Positions 9,380-18,066 of a stretch of 64,000 nucleotides of DNA are shown in pieces. Source of the stretch: an uncultured Prevotellaceae bacterium (GTDB lineage Bacteria > Bacteroidota > Bacteroidia > Bacteroidales > Bacteroidaceae); assembly GCA_902779745.1 (NCBI GenBank), contig CACZCT010000001.1, positions 75 through 64,074 on the forward strand, written 5' to 3'. The notes beneath the pieces were generated by a model. That model searched no databases. It saw only the letters and a list, made by a program, of their open reading frames with translations, and was not told where the DNA came from. Position 1 is the first letter of the stretch. Each line of letters begins with the position of its first letter. A program made the position numbers and the translations under genes.

Positions 9380-10468
9380 ATGGTAAAACTGAATAATATT
9401 CTTGTGAGTATCATGTCAGCCTTGGTGCTGACGGTAACGTCAACCTCCTGCGGTAGCCAACAGCAGAAAAGCCAGGACACCACACAGGAAGAAGGCAATC
9501 TGCTGGAACGTGTGTTTAGCAGGACGGTAAATGGCAACAACGATGAAGGTGCGACAACCGAGGACGATGGCGACCGTCTGCCGAAGTTCGACGTGGACTA
9601 CATCAACTCGGCGACGGGCGACAAGTGGGGCTTCGCCATGACAGAGGGTGACGGCAGCGGAGAGGCAGTTGCTGTGGCCCACTTCCGCGGTGAGGGCATG
9701 CAGGGCTACGACATTTACCAGATGCGGGCACAGGGCGGCAGCCGCTACCGGCTGGTGGAGATGCCAGACAAGGACACGGGTATCGAGGTGTATGTATTAC
9801 CCGGTGGCGAAAGCATCCGCGTGACGCGTCAGACGGCCATGCGCACCGGCTATGGCACAGAGGCCGCCGGTTCGTATGTCTTCAATACGGTAGAAAGCAC
9901 CGATGGGGCTGTCAGTAGCATCGACCCCGGCTACACCCCCGAGCGCTTGGCCATCAAGGCGGGCGACCATGGTGGCAAGTTTGAGACACTGGAGTCTGGC
10001 GAGGAGGCCTATACCTTCCCCAGTGGCGAGTATGCTCGCAGCCAGTGGGTGAAGGACGGCAGCAAGCTGTACTATGTAGACGTCAGTGGCTGCAAGATGA
10101 AGGACAACTACGCCCACGACGGCTTCTATGCCGGCAGCGACGGTTCGTGGGACAAGTCGGTGCACTGCATCGACAGTAACCAGTTGCCTCGAAACGGAGC
10201 GACCTATGTTGACGATGGCGGTAAGTCATGGGTATTCCAACTGACTACCGATGGCGATGGCACCATCCACGGCAAAGCCCATCTGTCCTATCCCAAGGAC
10301 ATCAACTTCAAGGCCGACTACACGGTGAAGTCGTTCGGTAGCAGTGCCTATTCCCTGTTCAACGTCAAGGACGAGTTCGACTGCTGGCATGCTGTCGTGC
10401 TCGATGGCGGGCGCACCCTGCGAGTATCCGGTGCCGGTGTTACAGAAGTCTTTCAGCAAATACGATAA
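9380..10468 (+). CDS. Lipoprotein with cell-wall-binding-type repeat
   Basis: Lipobox STSC; QWVKDGSKLYYVDVSGCKMKDNYAHDGFYAGSDGSW. Confidence 0.75.
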   Translation: MVKLNNILVSIMSALVLTVTSTSCGSQQQKSQDTTQEEGNLLERVFSRTVNGNNDEGATTEDDGDRLPKFDVDYINSATGDKWGFAMTEGDGSGEAVAVAHFRGEGMQGYDIYQMRAQGGSRYRLVEMPDKDTGIEVYVLPGGESIRVTRQTAMRTGYGTEAAGSYVFNTVESTDGAVSSIDPGYTPERLAIKAGDHGGKFETLESGEEAYTFPSGEYARSQWVKDGSKLYYVDVSGCKMKDNYAHDGFYAGSDGSWDKSVHCIDSNQLPRNGATYVDDGGKSWVFQLTTDGDGTIHGKAHLSYPKDINFKADYTVKSFGSSAYSLFNVKDEFDCWHAVVLDGGRTLRVSGAGVTEVFQQIR

Positions 10469-10515
10469 AGGCAAGGTCTTTATGGAGTTTAAGTTAGACA
10501 AATAAACAATAAACA

Positions 10516-11166
10516 ATGAACGAAGAACAGATTACCAGTCGTGTAACGCTCTGTCCCGACGGCAAATACCGCTGGGCCTATGAGGTGAATCTCTACCGCA
10601 ACCCGACCATCCTCATTGACCTCGTCAAGGCCATCGCTTACATCTTTCTCGCTATGTACGTCTTTTTCTTCATCATTGGCGTCTTGGACGGCAACATCAG
10701 AATCAGAAGCCTGCAGGACCTGTGGGAGAATTTATGGGGAATGGCGGTTCCCTTCTTCTGGATGACATTGTTTATGGTTGCCATCGCCGTCATCAGCTAT
10801 TACATCGGGGCACGCGGCTCCGGGGGCGTCTATGCCGCTATGTTCGAGATGGACGAGAAGGGCGTCCTCCACGCTCAAATGGCGAAGCAGGTGAAGAAGC
10901 AGCAGGTGGTCAATGAAATAGCAGCCATGGCTGGTATAGCCGCCGATGAGCCAGGAATGGTGGCCAGCTCTATCCTTTCCGCCACCTTCACGGCCTGGAA
11001 CAGTGAGTTCCGCAAGGTGCGCCATGTCATCCCCGTCCGTCGTCGCGACCTTATCAAGGTCAACGAGTTGCTGACCAAGAACCGCATCTTCGTGGACGAC
11101 CCCGAGGACTACGAGTTCGTGCTCAACTACATCCGGCAGCGTTGTCCGAGAGTAAAAGACAAGTGA
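10516..11166 (+). CDS. Membrane protein (2 TM, possible bacterial PH-like C-terminal domain)
   Basis: Two hydrophobic helices, then FEMDEKGV...FRKVRHV...DYEFVLNYI beta/alpha pattern; PH assignment is inference. Confidence 0.7.
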   Translation: MNEEQITSRVTLCPDGKYRWAYEVNLYRNPTILIDLVKAIAYIFLAMYVFFFIIGVLDGNIRIRSLQDLWENLWGMAVPFFWMTLFMVAIAVISYYIGARGSGGVYAAMFEMDEKGVLHAQMAKQVKKQQVVNEIAAMAGIAADEPGMVASSILSATFTAWNSEFRKVRHVIPVRRRDLIKVNELLTKNRIFVDDPEDYEFVLNYIRQRCPRVKDK

Positions 11167-11201
11167 GCATTGAGAAATTGAAAAACTAAAGAACAATAAA
11201 A

Positions 11202-12209
11202 ATGAAAAAGTTTGTATCTATTGGTTTTACAGCCATGCTGCTGACAGCCTATGGCTGCCGTGAACACATACACATCTGGGGCACTGGCGAGGATTTCCGA
11301 CGGGTGGAGTTCGCTGATATTCTTTCGGACTCTACCGTCACGGCTGACAGTCTGGCCATTGAGATGGGCGGCGGCATCAGAGCACACGCCGAGGACGTGT
11401 TTCCCAAGACCGGGACGATATACATTGAGCCGAAAAGCGGCGACCGCTGGACGATTGACTTCAGCGACTTGCCCGATAGCATTGGCTACGGCACAGCCCG
11501 CTATGCCGAGCGTAACGGTTCGTCATTCACCCTACAGGCAAAGGTGATGCCGCGTGGCCGCGGCTTCTTCCTGGTGGATTATCTGAGAGGAGGCGGTTGG
11601 GATGGCATGGGTCTGCTCTACGTCTATGCCAGCCGCGACAGCATCGGCATCACTGACGGTGTCCGTCGGCGCACTTTCGTGTCTGCCGACCTCCTGTCTG
11701 CAGCAACCGATTCTCTGCGACTACCAGTATGCAGCACAGCGACGAAGGACAAGGCCCGCTCCGCGTGGGTCAAGGACGGCAACCAGCTCGTCTATATCGA
11801 CGCCTCAGGCTACGTCATGAAGAACAACTGGACGCACGACGGCTTCTATGTCGATGGCGAGGGTCACTGGGATCCCTTCACGCCCAGTCTGGAGAAGGAC
11901 TTGTTGGCTGACAGTTTCTACACCTGGGGCAACTGGGGCAGTTGGGAGGGCAAGCAGATGACCTTCAAACTGACAAAAGATGCCGACGGCATACGCCGGG
12001 GCACTGCCGTGCTCAGTATACGCATGGTAAAGGATCAGGAGGAGTTGGAGAATTACATCGTCACCGCGACGGACAACAGCACCTACCTGCTGGTGAAGGC
12101 CGACAACGACACTTTGCGCTATCATGCCACAATTATTGATGAGGGCATACCGGGCAAAGGTCGGCAGATGCTTCTCTCGGGCTACGGCAAGACAGAACGG
12201 TACGAATGA
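11202..12209 (+). CDS. Lipoprotein with cell-wall-binding-type repeat, paralog of 9380..10468
   Basis: Signal ending LTAYGC; AWVKDGNQLVYIDASGYVMKNNWTHDGFYVDGEGHWD; C-terminus SGYGKTE vs SGAGVTE. Confidence 0.75.
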   Translation: MKKFVSIGFTAMLLTAYGCREHIHIWGTGEDFRRVEFADILSDSTVTADSLAIEMGGGIRAHAEDVFPKTGTIYIEPKSGDRWTIDFSDLPDSIGYGTARYAERNGSSFTLQAKVMPRGRGFFLVDYLRGGGWDGMGLLYVYASRDSIGITDGVRRRTFVSADLLSAATDSLRLPVCSTATKDKARSAWVKDGNQLVYIDASGYVMKNNWTHDGFYVDGEGHWDPFTPSLEKDLLADSFYTWGNWGSWEGKQMTFKLTKDADGIRRGTAVLSIRMVKDQEELENYIVTATDNSTYLLVKADNDTLRYHATIIDEGIPGKGRQMLLSGYGKTERYE

Positions 12210-12245
12210 GAAATTGAGTAATTAGAAAATCTGTAAATTGAGAAA

Positions 12246-12896
12246 ATGATGAATAAGCTTGTATTGACTATTATTGCAACTGGGCTGTTGATGACAGCCT
12301 GTAGTGTAGGAGGCCAGAACACCAACGGCGGCGACAGTGACCAACCCATCATGGACGGTTGGACGTTCGAACAGGCTTCCGAGTTCTGGTTGGCCTCTAT
12401 ACTGACCGACGAACGCAATGCCGTTCTTAATGGCGAGGGCGATTGGCTCACTCCCGACTCGCTGGCACACCTGACGAAAGGACACGTACGGGTGAAGCTG
12501 CCCATCTACGACGGTGACCCGATGCCGCATTGGGGTGTCACCTACCGACAGCCCCAGACGGGTGGCTTCATCACCTTCCGTGACTCTGCGACCACGCACC
12601 CGACGGTCAGCGGTGACACGTTGCATAGCATCGGACTGGCCCACTATCATTTCTGCGACGACATGCTCCCTGAGTCGGCCGACACCACTGTCTTCGTACA
12701 TAGTCGGGGCAAAGGCTTGCTTACCGGCTTCCTGATGAACCGCGTTCGTAAGCATCACGATGACGGTACCTGGACGTGGCAGAAGAACGGCAATCCAGAA
12801 TGGTTCCCCTTCATCGTCAGCGTATATCCCGGTGGCGACAGCCTATTGGTTAGCCGCGGCCTGAATCCTGTAGAGGTCTTTGTAATCGACAATTGA
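12246..12896 (+). CDS. Putative lipoprotein, paralog of 2760..3437
   Basis: Lipobox MTAC; FVHSRGKG and VYPGGDSLLVSRG motifs. Confidence 0.75.
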   Translation: MMNKLVLTIIATGLLMTACSVGGQNTNGGDSDQPIMDGWTFEQASEFWLASILTDERNAVLNGEGDWLTPDSLAHLTKGHVRVKLPIYDGDPMPHWGVTYRQPQTGGFITFRDSATTHPTVSGDTLHSIGLAHYHFCDDMLPESADTTVFVHSRGKGLLTGFLMNRVRKHHDDGTWTWQKNGNPEWFPFIVSVYPGGDSLLVSRGLNPVEVFVIDN

Positions 12897-12974
12897 CGCT
12901 GATGGATAGTCATCCTTCAGCGATGTCCGAAGGTGAAAAAATAATAAGTGTCAACATCGAATGCAGTTTACGCA

Positions 12975-13012
12975 AAAGAAATCAGGCAATTACAAAATTG
13001 CCTGATTTCTTT
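12975..13012. terminator. Bidirectional intrinsic terminator between island and tRNA
   Basis: 17-bp inverted repeat aaagaaatcaggcaatt / aattgcctgatttcttt with 4-nt loop. Confidence 0.75.
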
Positions 13013-13062
13013 ATACTTTTGGTTGTTTGATTTGCTTCTGCTTTCTTCTGTTTCTCACTCAG

Positions 13063-13134
13063 TACCCCGACCGAGAATCGAACTCGGAACTAAGCTTTAG
13101 GAGAGCCTTGTTATATCCATTTAACTATCAGGGC
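13063..13134 (-). tRNA. tRNA-Arg(CCT)
   Basis: Reverse complement folds as a cloverleaf: acceptor GCCCTGA/TCGGGGT, anticodon arm AGGCT-CTCCTAA-AGCTT, T arm CCGAG-TTCGATT-CTCGG; no encoded CCA. Confidence 0.95.
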
Positions 13135-13151
13135 ATCGTCTTAACGGGGGG

Positions 13152-13159
13152 CAAAGTTA
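13152..13159 (-). promoter_or_regulatory. Bacteroidota -7 promoter element for the tRNA
   Basis: TAACTTTG (TAnnTTTG) about 18 nt upstream of the tRNA. Confidence 0.6.
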
Positions 13160-13204
13160 CAAAATATAATTGAGAAATAGCAATTGAAAATTGAAAATTA
13201 TTTG

Positions 13205-13212
13205 TACCTTTG
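13205..13212 (+). promoter_or_regulatory. Bacteroidota -7 promoter element for the MaoC operon
   Basis: TACCTTTG 20 nt before ATG 13233. Confidence 0.6.
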
Positions 13213-13232
13213 CAAAAAGTATTAAAAAGATT

Positions 13233-13700
13233 ATGGGAAAATTAGTTATTAACTCGTATGACGAGTTTGCCGCCCACCTGGGCGAAGAGTTAGGAGCCTC
13301 CGAATGGCTCCAGGTAGATCAGGACCGTATCAATCTGTTTGCGGATGCCACCCTCGACCATCAGTGGATTCATGTGGATGTGGCACGTGCCAAGGAAGAG
13401 AGTCCATACAAGAGCACCATTGCCCACGGCTATCTGACACTGAGCCTGCTGCCTTATATGTGGGACCAGATCATCGAGGTGAACAATATCAAGATGCTGG
13501 TGAACTACGGTATGAACGATATGCGCTTCGGACAACCCGTCATCACGGGTAGCCGTGTACGCTTAGTCACCATGCTGCACAACATCCAGAATCTCCGTGG
13601 CATCTGCAAGGCGGAGATCAAGTTCAAGATTGAGATAGAGGGACAGCGCAAGCCAGCCCTTGAAGGCATCGCTTCCTTCCTGTACTATTTTGAAACGTGA
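13233..13700 (+). CDS. MaoC-family (hot-dog) dehydratase
   Basis: FADATLDHQWIHVD...TIAHGYLTLSL signature. Confidence 0.9.
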   Translation: MGKLVINSYDEFAAHLGEELGASEWLQVDQDRINLFADATLDHQWIHVDVARAKEESPYKSTIAHGYLTLSLLPYMWDQIIEVNNIKMLVNYGMNDMRFGQPVITGSRVRLVTMLHNIQNLRGICKAEIKFKIEIEGQRKPALEGIASFLYYFET

Positions 13701-15262
13701 AGAAATATCAGATTATCATAGGGTGTCTGGGAGTCTTGCTGCTGTTATCTGTGGCAACAGGTTTTTATATGCGTTATGGCGACAGTGAGCGCATCAGCGA
13801 ACTGGAATCACAACTCGGCATCATGCGCGAGAAAGAGAAACAGTCAGAGATAGACCGACGGGTGAGCAAGCAGATGGAGGAGATTGCCTTCGGTCAGCAG
13901 GCGCTGTCTGAAGAACGCAGTCAGGAAGCCATCCGCCAGTCGGAGATAGCACAGGAGATGACACTCCGCTCGGAGGCAGAACGCAAGAAAGCCCTCGAAG
14001 CCCAAAGTATTGCGGAAATATCTGCCAACGATGCGATGAATGCCTACCAGTTAGCTGAGCGCCAGCGTGTGGAGGCCACTAACCAGCGCCATCAGGCTGA
14101 GCGTGCCAAACTGATGGCGGACACGCTGAACTATATATCGTTAGGGCGTACCCTGGGTTCACAATCGTATGCCATCTATCAGACCGGTGACACGGAATTG
14201 GGTAATATGCTGGCGTATGCCTCCTATCTCTACACCAATGACTACGGTGGCGACCTGTATATTCCAGCTGTGTTTCAGGCATTAACGCAGGCTGCCGGCG
14301 GGCGTCGCAACTGGAGAGTACACAACGGCAGTATCTCCAAAATCGACTTCTTCCCCAAATCAAATCGCCTGCTGACCGTCAGCATCTACGGAGAGATTTA
14401 TAATCATGAGGTGAAAGGGGGAAACCTGGTAAGCCATCGGTTGTTTAGCGACAAGTACTACCAATTCAGGGATGCTTATGCATCGGCTACCGGAAAAAGC
14501 TATGCCATCAGCCACACAGGTCATCTGGTGGTGGTCGATAATAATGCCACAAGGATTATTTATCTTGAAAACGTGACAAAACCCTTCAGTATTCAATATC
14601 TGAACGACGGTCGCCAGTTATTGATTATCGGTGAGAAGGACTATGCTCTGTTAGACACTGCCACCGACAAGGTGATCGGTACCCGGAAACTTGATTTCAA
14701 GGTGATCTGTACAGGCAGGTATGATTACAAACCGGCACTCTTCGACGACAGAGGCAGAATGCACCTGTTCTACGACCTCGACAAGTTCACGACCAGCAAA
14801 CTGCCTGTATCGGGGCGCATCACGGCTTTTGCCAGCAGTAAGAACGAACATCTGGCTGCTTACGGCATGGCAGACGGCACCATTTGGCTGACCGACAGCC
14901 ACGGCAAGAAACATAAACTTGTGGGACATCTCTCCCAGATCACCAAGATGAAATTAAACGGCAGGCGTCTCTACTCTTCCAGTTACGACGGAAAACTGCT
15001 TTTCTGGATGGTCAGCGACACGCAGATAAAGCCTATCACGCTGTTCCAGTCCGGCAGTTGGCTTACCGACTTCACCTTCAGTACCGATAAAGACTATATC
15101 TGGACCAGCGAGTATAACGGTATCATCACCGAATACCTCGTTTCCCTGTCAAAGATTGCCCAGCACATCCGTCGGAATGTAAAACGTAATTTCACACAGG
15201 AAGAATGGAACTACTATGTGGGAAAGGGGATACCCTATCGGAAATTGAAAATTGAAAATTGA
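13697..15262 (+). CDS. Membrane-anchored coiled-coil plus WD40 beta-propeller protein
   Basis: N-terminal TM; long A/E/Q/R coil; LVGH...SSSYDGKLLFW repeats; C-terminal RNFTQEEWNYY. Confidence 0.8.
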   Translation: MKKYQIIIGCLGVLLLLSVATGFYMRYGDSERISELESQLGIMREKEKQSEIDRRVSKQMEEIAFGQQALSEERSQEAIRQSEIAQEMTLRSEAERKKALEAQSIAEISANDAMNAYQLAERQRVEATNQRHQAERAKLMADTLNYISLGRTLGSQSYAIYQTGDTELGNMLAYASYLYTNDYGGDLYIPAVFQALTQAAGGRRNWRVHNGSISKIDFFPKSNRLLTVSIYGEIYNHEVKGGNLVSHRLFSDKYYQFRDAYASATGKSYAISHTGHLVVVDNNATRIIYLENVTKPFSIQYLNDGRQLLIIGEKDYALLDTATDKVIGTRKLDFKVICTGRYDYKPALFDDRGRMHLFYDLDKFTTSKLPVSGRITAFASSKNEHLAAYGMADGTIWLTDSHGKKHKLVGHLSQITKMKLNGRRLYSSSYDGKLLFWMVSDTQIKPITLFQSGSWLTDFTFSTDKDYIWTSEYNGIITEYLVSLSKIAQHIRRNVKRNFTQEEWNYYVGKGIPYRKLKIEN

Positions 15263-15267
15263 GAATT

Positions 15268-18030
15268 ATGACCAGACCATTATTCTATAAACTTTTCAGA
15301 CGAAGAATGATGCGGATATTGCTGTGCACAGCAATTGCCAATTGTCAATTGGCAATTGGCAATTGTCTTGCGCAAGGACTTCCCCTTATCCGCAACTACA
15401 CGGCGACAGAATATGGCGGGCACAACCGTAACTACGACATTGAGATTGGTGAAGACGGTACGGTATTCGTGGCAAATTTCGAGGGTCTGCTCTATTACGA
15501 CCGAACCCGGTGGCGTATGATTCATACGCAGGATATCAACCGTATCACAGTGGTCTATCGCGCCAGTGACAATACGGTCTGGGTGGGCGGGTACAACTAT
15601 TTCGCCCGTTTGCAGAAGCGTCACAATGGCGAACTGTTCATGCAGCCGATAGGAAAGAAAGGCTTCTTCAAGGGCGAAGTCATGGAAATCTTTGAGGATA
15701 ATGGTTCGCTCCAATTTGTAGTTAGCAATAATATTATCTACGAAGTGAAGGGGGCTAAAGGACCGGGGCTCCCAACCATATCATTGAAGAAGCGCACCAA
15801 TGCCAATTTCCATCCAGGTTTAGAACCCGACATCATATCGTTGGAAGCACTGAATACGGATTCTAAGAATGCCGTATTGAATGACATCACCCAAACGGAG
15901 GAACTGGACGGCGGACTAAAAATAAAGGTAAAGAAGGGCTACGGACTGATTATTGCCGACGAACATGACCGGGACCTCTATACCATCACCGAGACCAACG
16001 GACTCTGCTCCAATCTGGTATCCTACGTGGCCTACGACGGTCACGGTACGGTTTGGGGAGCCACGGCTCACGGCATTTTCGCCATCGAACTGCCATCGGT
16101 CTACAGTTACTTCTTAGCCAAGGACGGACTCACGGGCGAGGTCCATGCCATCACAGACTTTGACGGCAAGATGTACGTTGGCGCCACCAATGGACTGTAT
16201 ACCGTAGCCCTTTCCAGGCAGGACTCGCCTACCCGTAACCTTTCGCCCCGATGCAAGCGCATTGAAGACATCAACAATATTTGCTGGGCTCTGTGCCGAA
16301 GCCATGACGGACTGCTCGCAGCCACCTCTAGCGGCATTTATAAGATTGCACCGGGCGGTGCTGTCAGTCGGATCACATCCAATGCCACTACCGCCTTGCT
16401 TATTGACGATGACAAGGTGTATGCCGGAGAGTCTGATGCTGTCTGGCTTTATCAGTCGGGGTTCCAACGACGAACGAAAGCGTATGACCTCCCACTGGTG
16501 ACGGAAATCCGCAAAAACGCATCCGGAGGTCTGTGGCTCCAGAATGTTCATGGCGAAACAAAAGGTACAGATTCTGGAAAGTTGAGAGACCCCATCGCCG
16601 ACCTGCCCGACTATCTGCTCAAGCCCGTCAGTGACATCGAGATCAAGGCCCAGTTCCGTTACGGCGACCAGATATGGATCGGTGGTGATGAGGTTCTCGC
16701 CATCATCGACACTAGTAAGAAAGACCTTGCCAAACTCACCGACAACCGCAAAGTTCACTTCTCTTCCATCATCATGGGCAACGACAGTGTACTGTGGGGT
16801 GGCTATGGTGACATGCCCAAGAAGTTGGAGAAGTTAGGCAGTGACGAGGAACATCTGCATTTCTTCTATGCCCTCACCTATGCACCACTCTCAGGAAAGA
16901 CCTTGTATCGCTACAAATTAAACAACAACCAATGGAGTACCTGGAGTGAAAAACAGGGCGTGGAGTTCCTGAACCTTCCCTACGGCTCGTTCACCCTCAG
17001 CGTACAGGCCCAACTTGCCAACGGTGAACTGTCGGAAGTGGCTTCCGTCGATTTCAGCATCGCCTATCCTTTATTGATACGCTGGTATATGGTGGTGCTC
17101 TATCTCCTCGTCTTTGCCTACATTTTCTATCTGCTGTTCCGCTACCGTCTGAAACGACTGCAGAAAGATAAAATCAAGTTGGAACACATCGTCGAGGAAC
17201 GTACCGCCGACCTCCGCAACGCCCAGCACGAACTGATACGTCAGGAGAAGATGGCTACGGTGGGAAAACTGACCGAGGGACTTATTGACCGCATACTGAA
17301 CCCGATGAACTATATCATCAACTTCTCCAAGATGTCCAACGACCTGTTGAAAGACCTCAAGGAGAACGTTGACAATAACAAGGACAACATCAACGAGGAC
17401 GATTATGAAGACACAGTAGACATACTCGGTATGCTGACGAAGAACCTGCAGTCTGTAAGCCAGTACGGACAGAACACCTCCCGCACCCTGAAGGCTATGG
17501 AAGAGATGCTGAAAGACCGTACCGGGGGCTATGTTGATATGGACTTGCTGACCGTACTTCAGCAAGATGAGGAAATGCTCGAAAACTTCTTCGCCAAGGA
17601 GAGGGAACAGTATCACATCCGCACTTTATTCACCTTGCCCGCCAATGCAATGCCCTTGAACGGCAATCCCGACATGCTCAGCAAGACTATTATGAGTCTA
17701 CTGGACAATGCCGTCTACGCCGTAGCAAAGAAAGCACAGCGCACCCCCTACAACCCCGAGATTTCGCTCATTGTCACCGTTACAGACGGACGATACGTCC
17801 TGAAGATATATGACAATGGCATAGGCATCGAAAAGAATATTATCGGCAAGATCTTCGACCCGTTCTTCACGACCAAGACCACTGGTGAGGCTGCAGGCGT
17901 AGGTCTCTACCTGAGTCGTGAGATTATACAGAATCACGGCGGCGACATCAGCGTGTCATCCGTCAAGGATGAATACACAGAGTTTACCATCACGTTACCG
18001 CAAGGCAGCCATCACCCCGACCGACGGTAA
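15268..18030 (+). CDS. Sensor histidine-kinase-like protein (beta-propeller/Y_Y_Y sensor) lacking the conserved His
   Basis: Reg_prop-like repeats, YRYKL..WSTW, TM, QEKMATVGKLTEGLIDRILNP, N box LLDNA, DNGIGI, IFDPFFTTK; start may be 15307. Confidence 0.85.
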   Translation: MTRPLFYKLFRRRMMRILLCTAIANCQLAIGNCLAQGLPLIRNYTATEYGGHNRNYDIEIGEDGTVFVANFEGLLYYDRTRWRMIHTQDINRITVVYRASDNTVWVGGYNYFARLQKRHNGELFMQPIGKKGFFKGEVMEIFEDNGSLQFVVSNNIIYEVKGAKGPGLPTISLKKRTNANFHPGLEPDIISLEALNTDSKNAVLNDITQTEELDGGLKIKVKKGYGLIIADEHDRDLYTITETNGLCSNLVSYVAYDGHGTVWGATAHGIFAIELPSVYSYFLAKDGLTGEVHAITDFDGKMYVGATNGLYTVALSRQDSPTRNLSPRCKRIEDINNICWALCRSHDGLLAATSSGIYKIAPGGAVSRITSNATTALLIDDDKVYAGESDAVWLYQSGFQRRTKAYDLPLVTEIRKNASGGLWLQNVHGETKGTDSGKLRDPIADLPDYLLKPVSDIEIKAQFRYGDQIWIGGDEVLAIIDTSKKDLAKLTDNRKVHFSSIIMGNDSVLWGGYGDMPKKLEKLGSDEEHLHFFYALTYAPLSGKTLYRYKLNNNQWSTWSEKQGVEFLNLPYGSFTLSVQAQLANGELSEVASVDFSIAYPLLIRWYMVVLYLLVFAYIFYLLFRYRLKRLQKDKIKLEHIVEERTADLRNAQHELIRQEKMATVGKLTEGLIDRILNPMNYIINFSKMSNDLLKDLKENVDNNKDNINEDDYEDTVDILGMLTKNLQSVSQYGQNTSRTLKAMEEMLKDRTGGYVDMDLLTVLQQDEEMLENFFAKEREQYHIRTLFTLPANAMPLNGNPDMLSKTIMSLLDNAVYAVAKKAQRTPYNPEISLIVTVTDGRYVLKIYDNGIGIEKNIIGKIFDPFFTTKTTGEAAGVGLYLSREIIQNHGGDISVSSVKDEYTEFTITLPQGSHHPDRR
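15332..15367. repeat. 5x CAATTG(N) 7-bp tandem repeat within the kinase signal peptide
   Basis: CAATTG at 15332, 15339, 15346, 15353, 15360. Confidence 0.85.
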
Positions 18031-18066
18031 GGGAACCATATTCACCTTCACAAAATCCATTGAAAA

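Noticed and set aside
150-12896. T6SS or Rhs toxin locus
   Set aside because: No VgrG, PAAR, Hcp or YD/Rhs repeats recognised
1-13134. Calling the island a prophage or ICE
   Set aside because: No integrase, transposase, phage structural or tra gene, and no att duplication within the window
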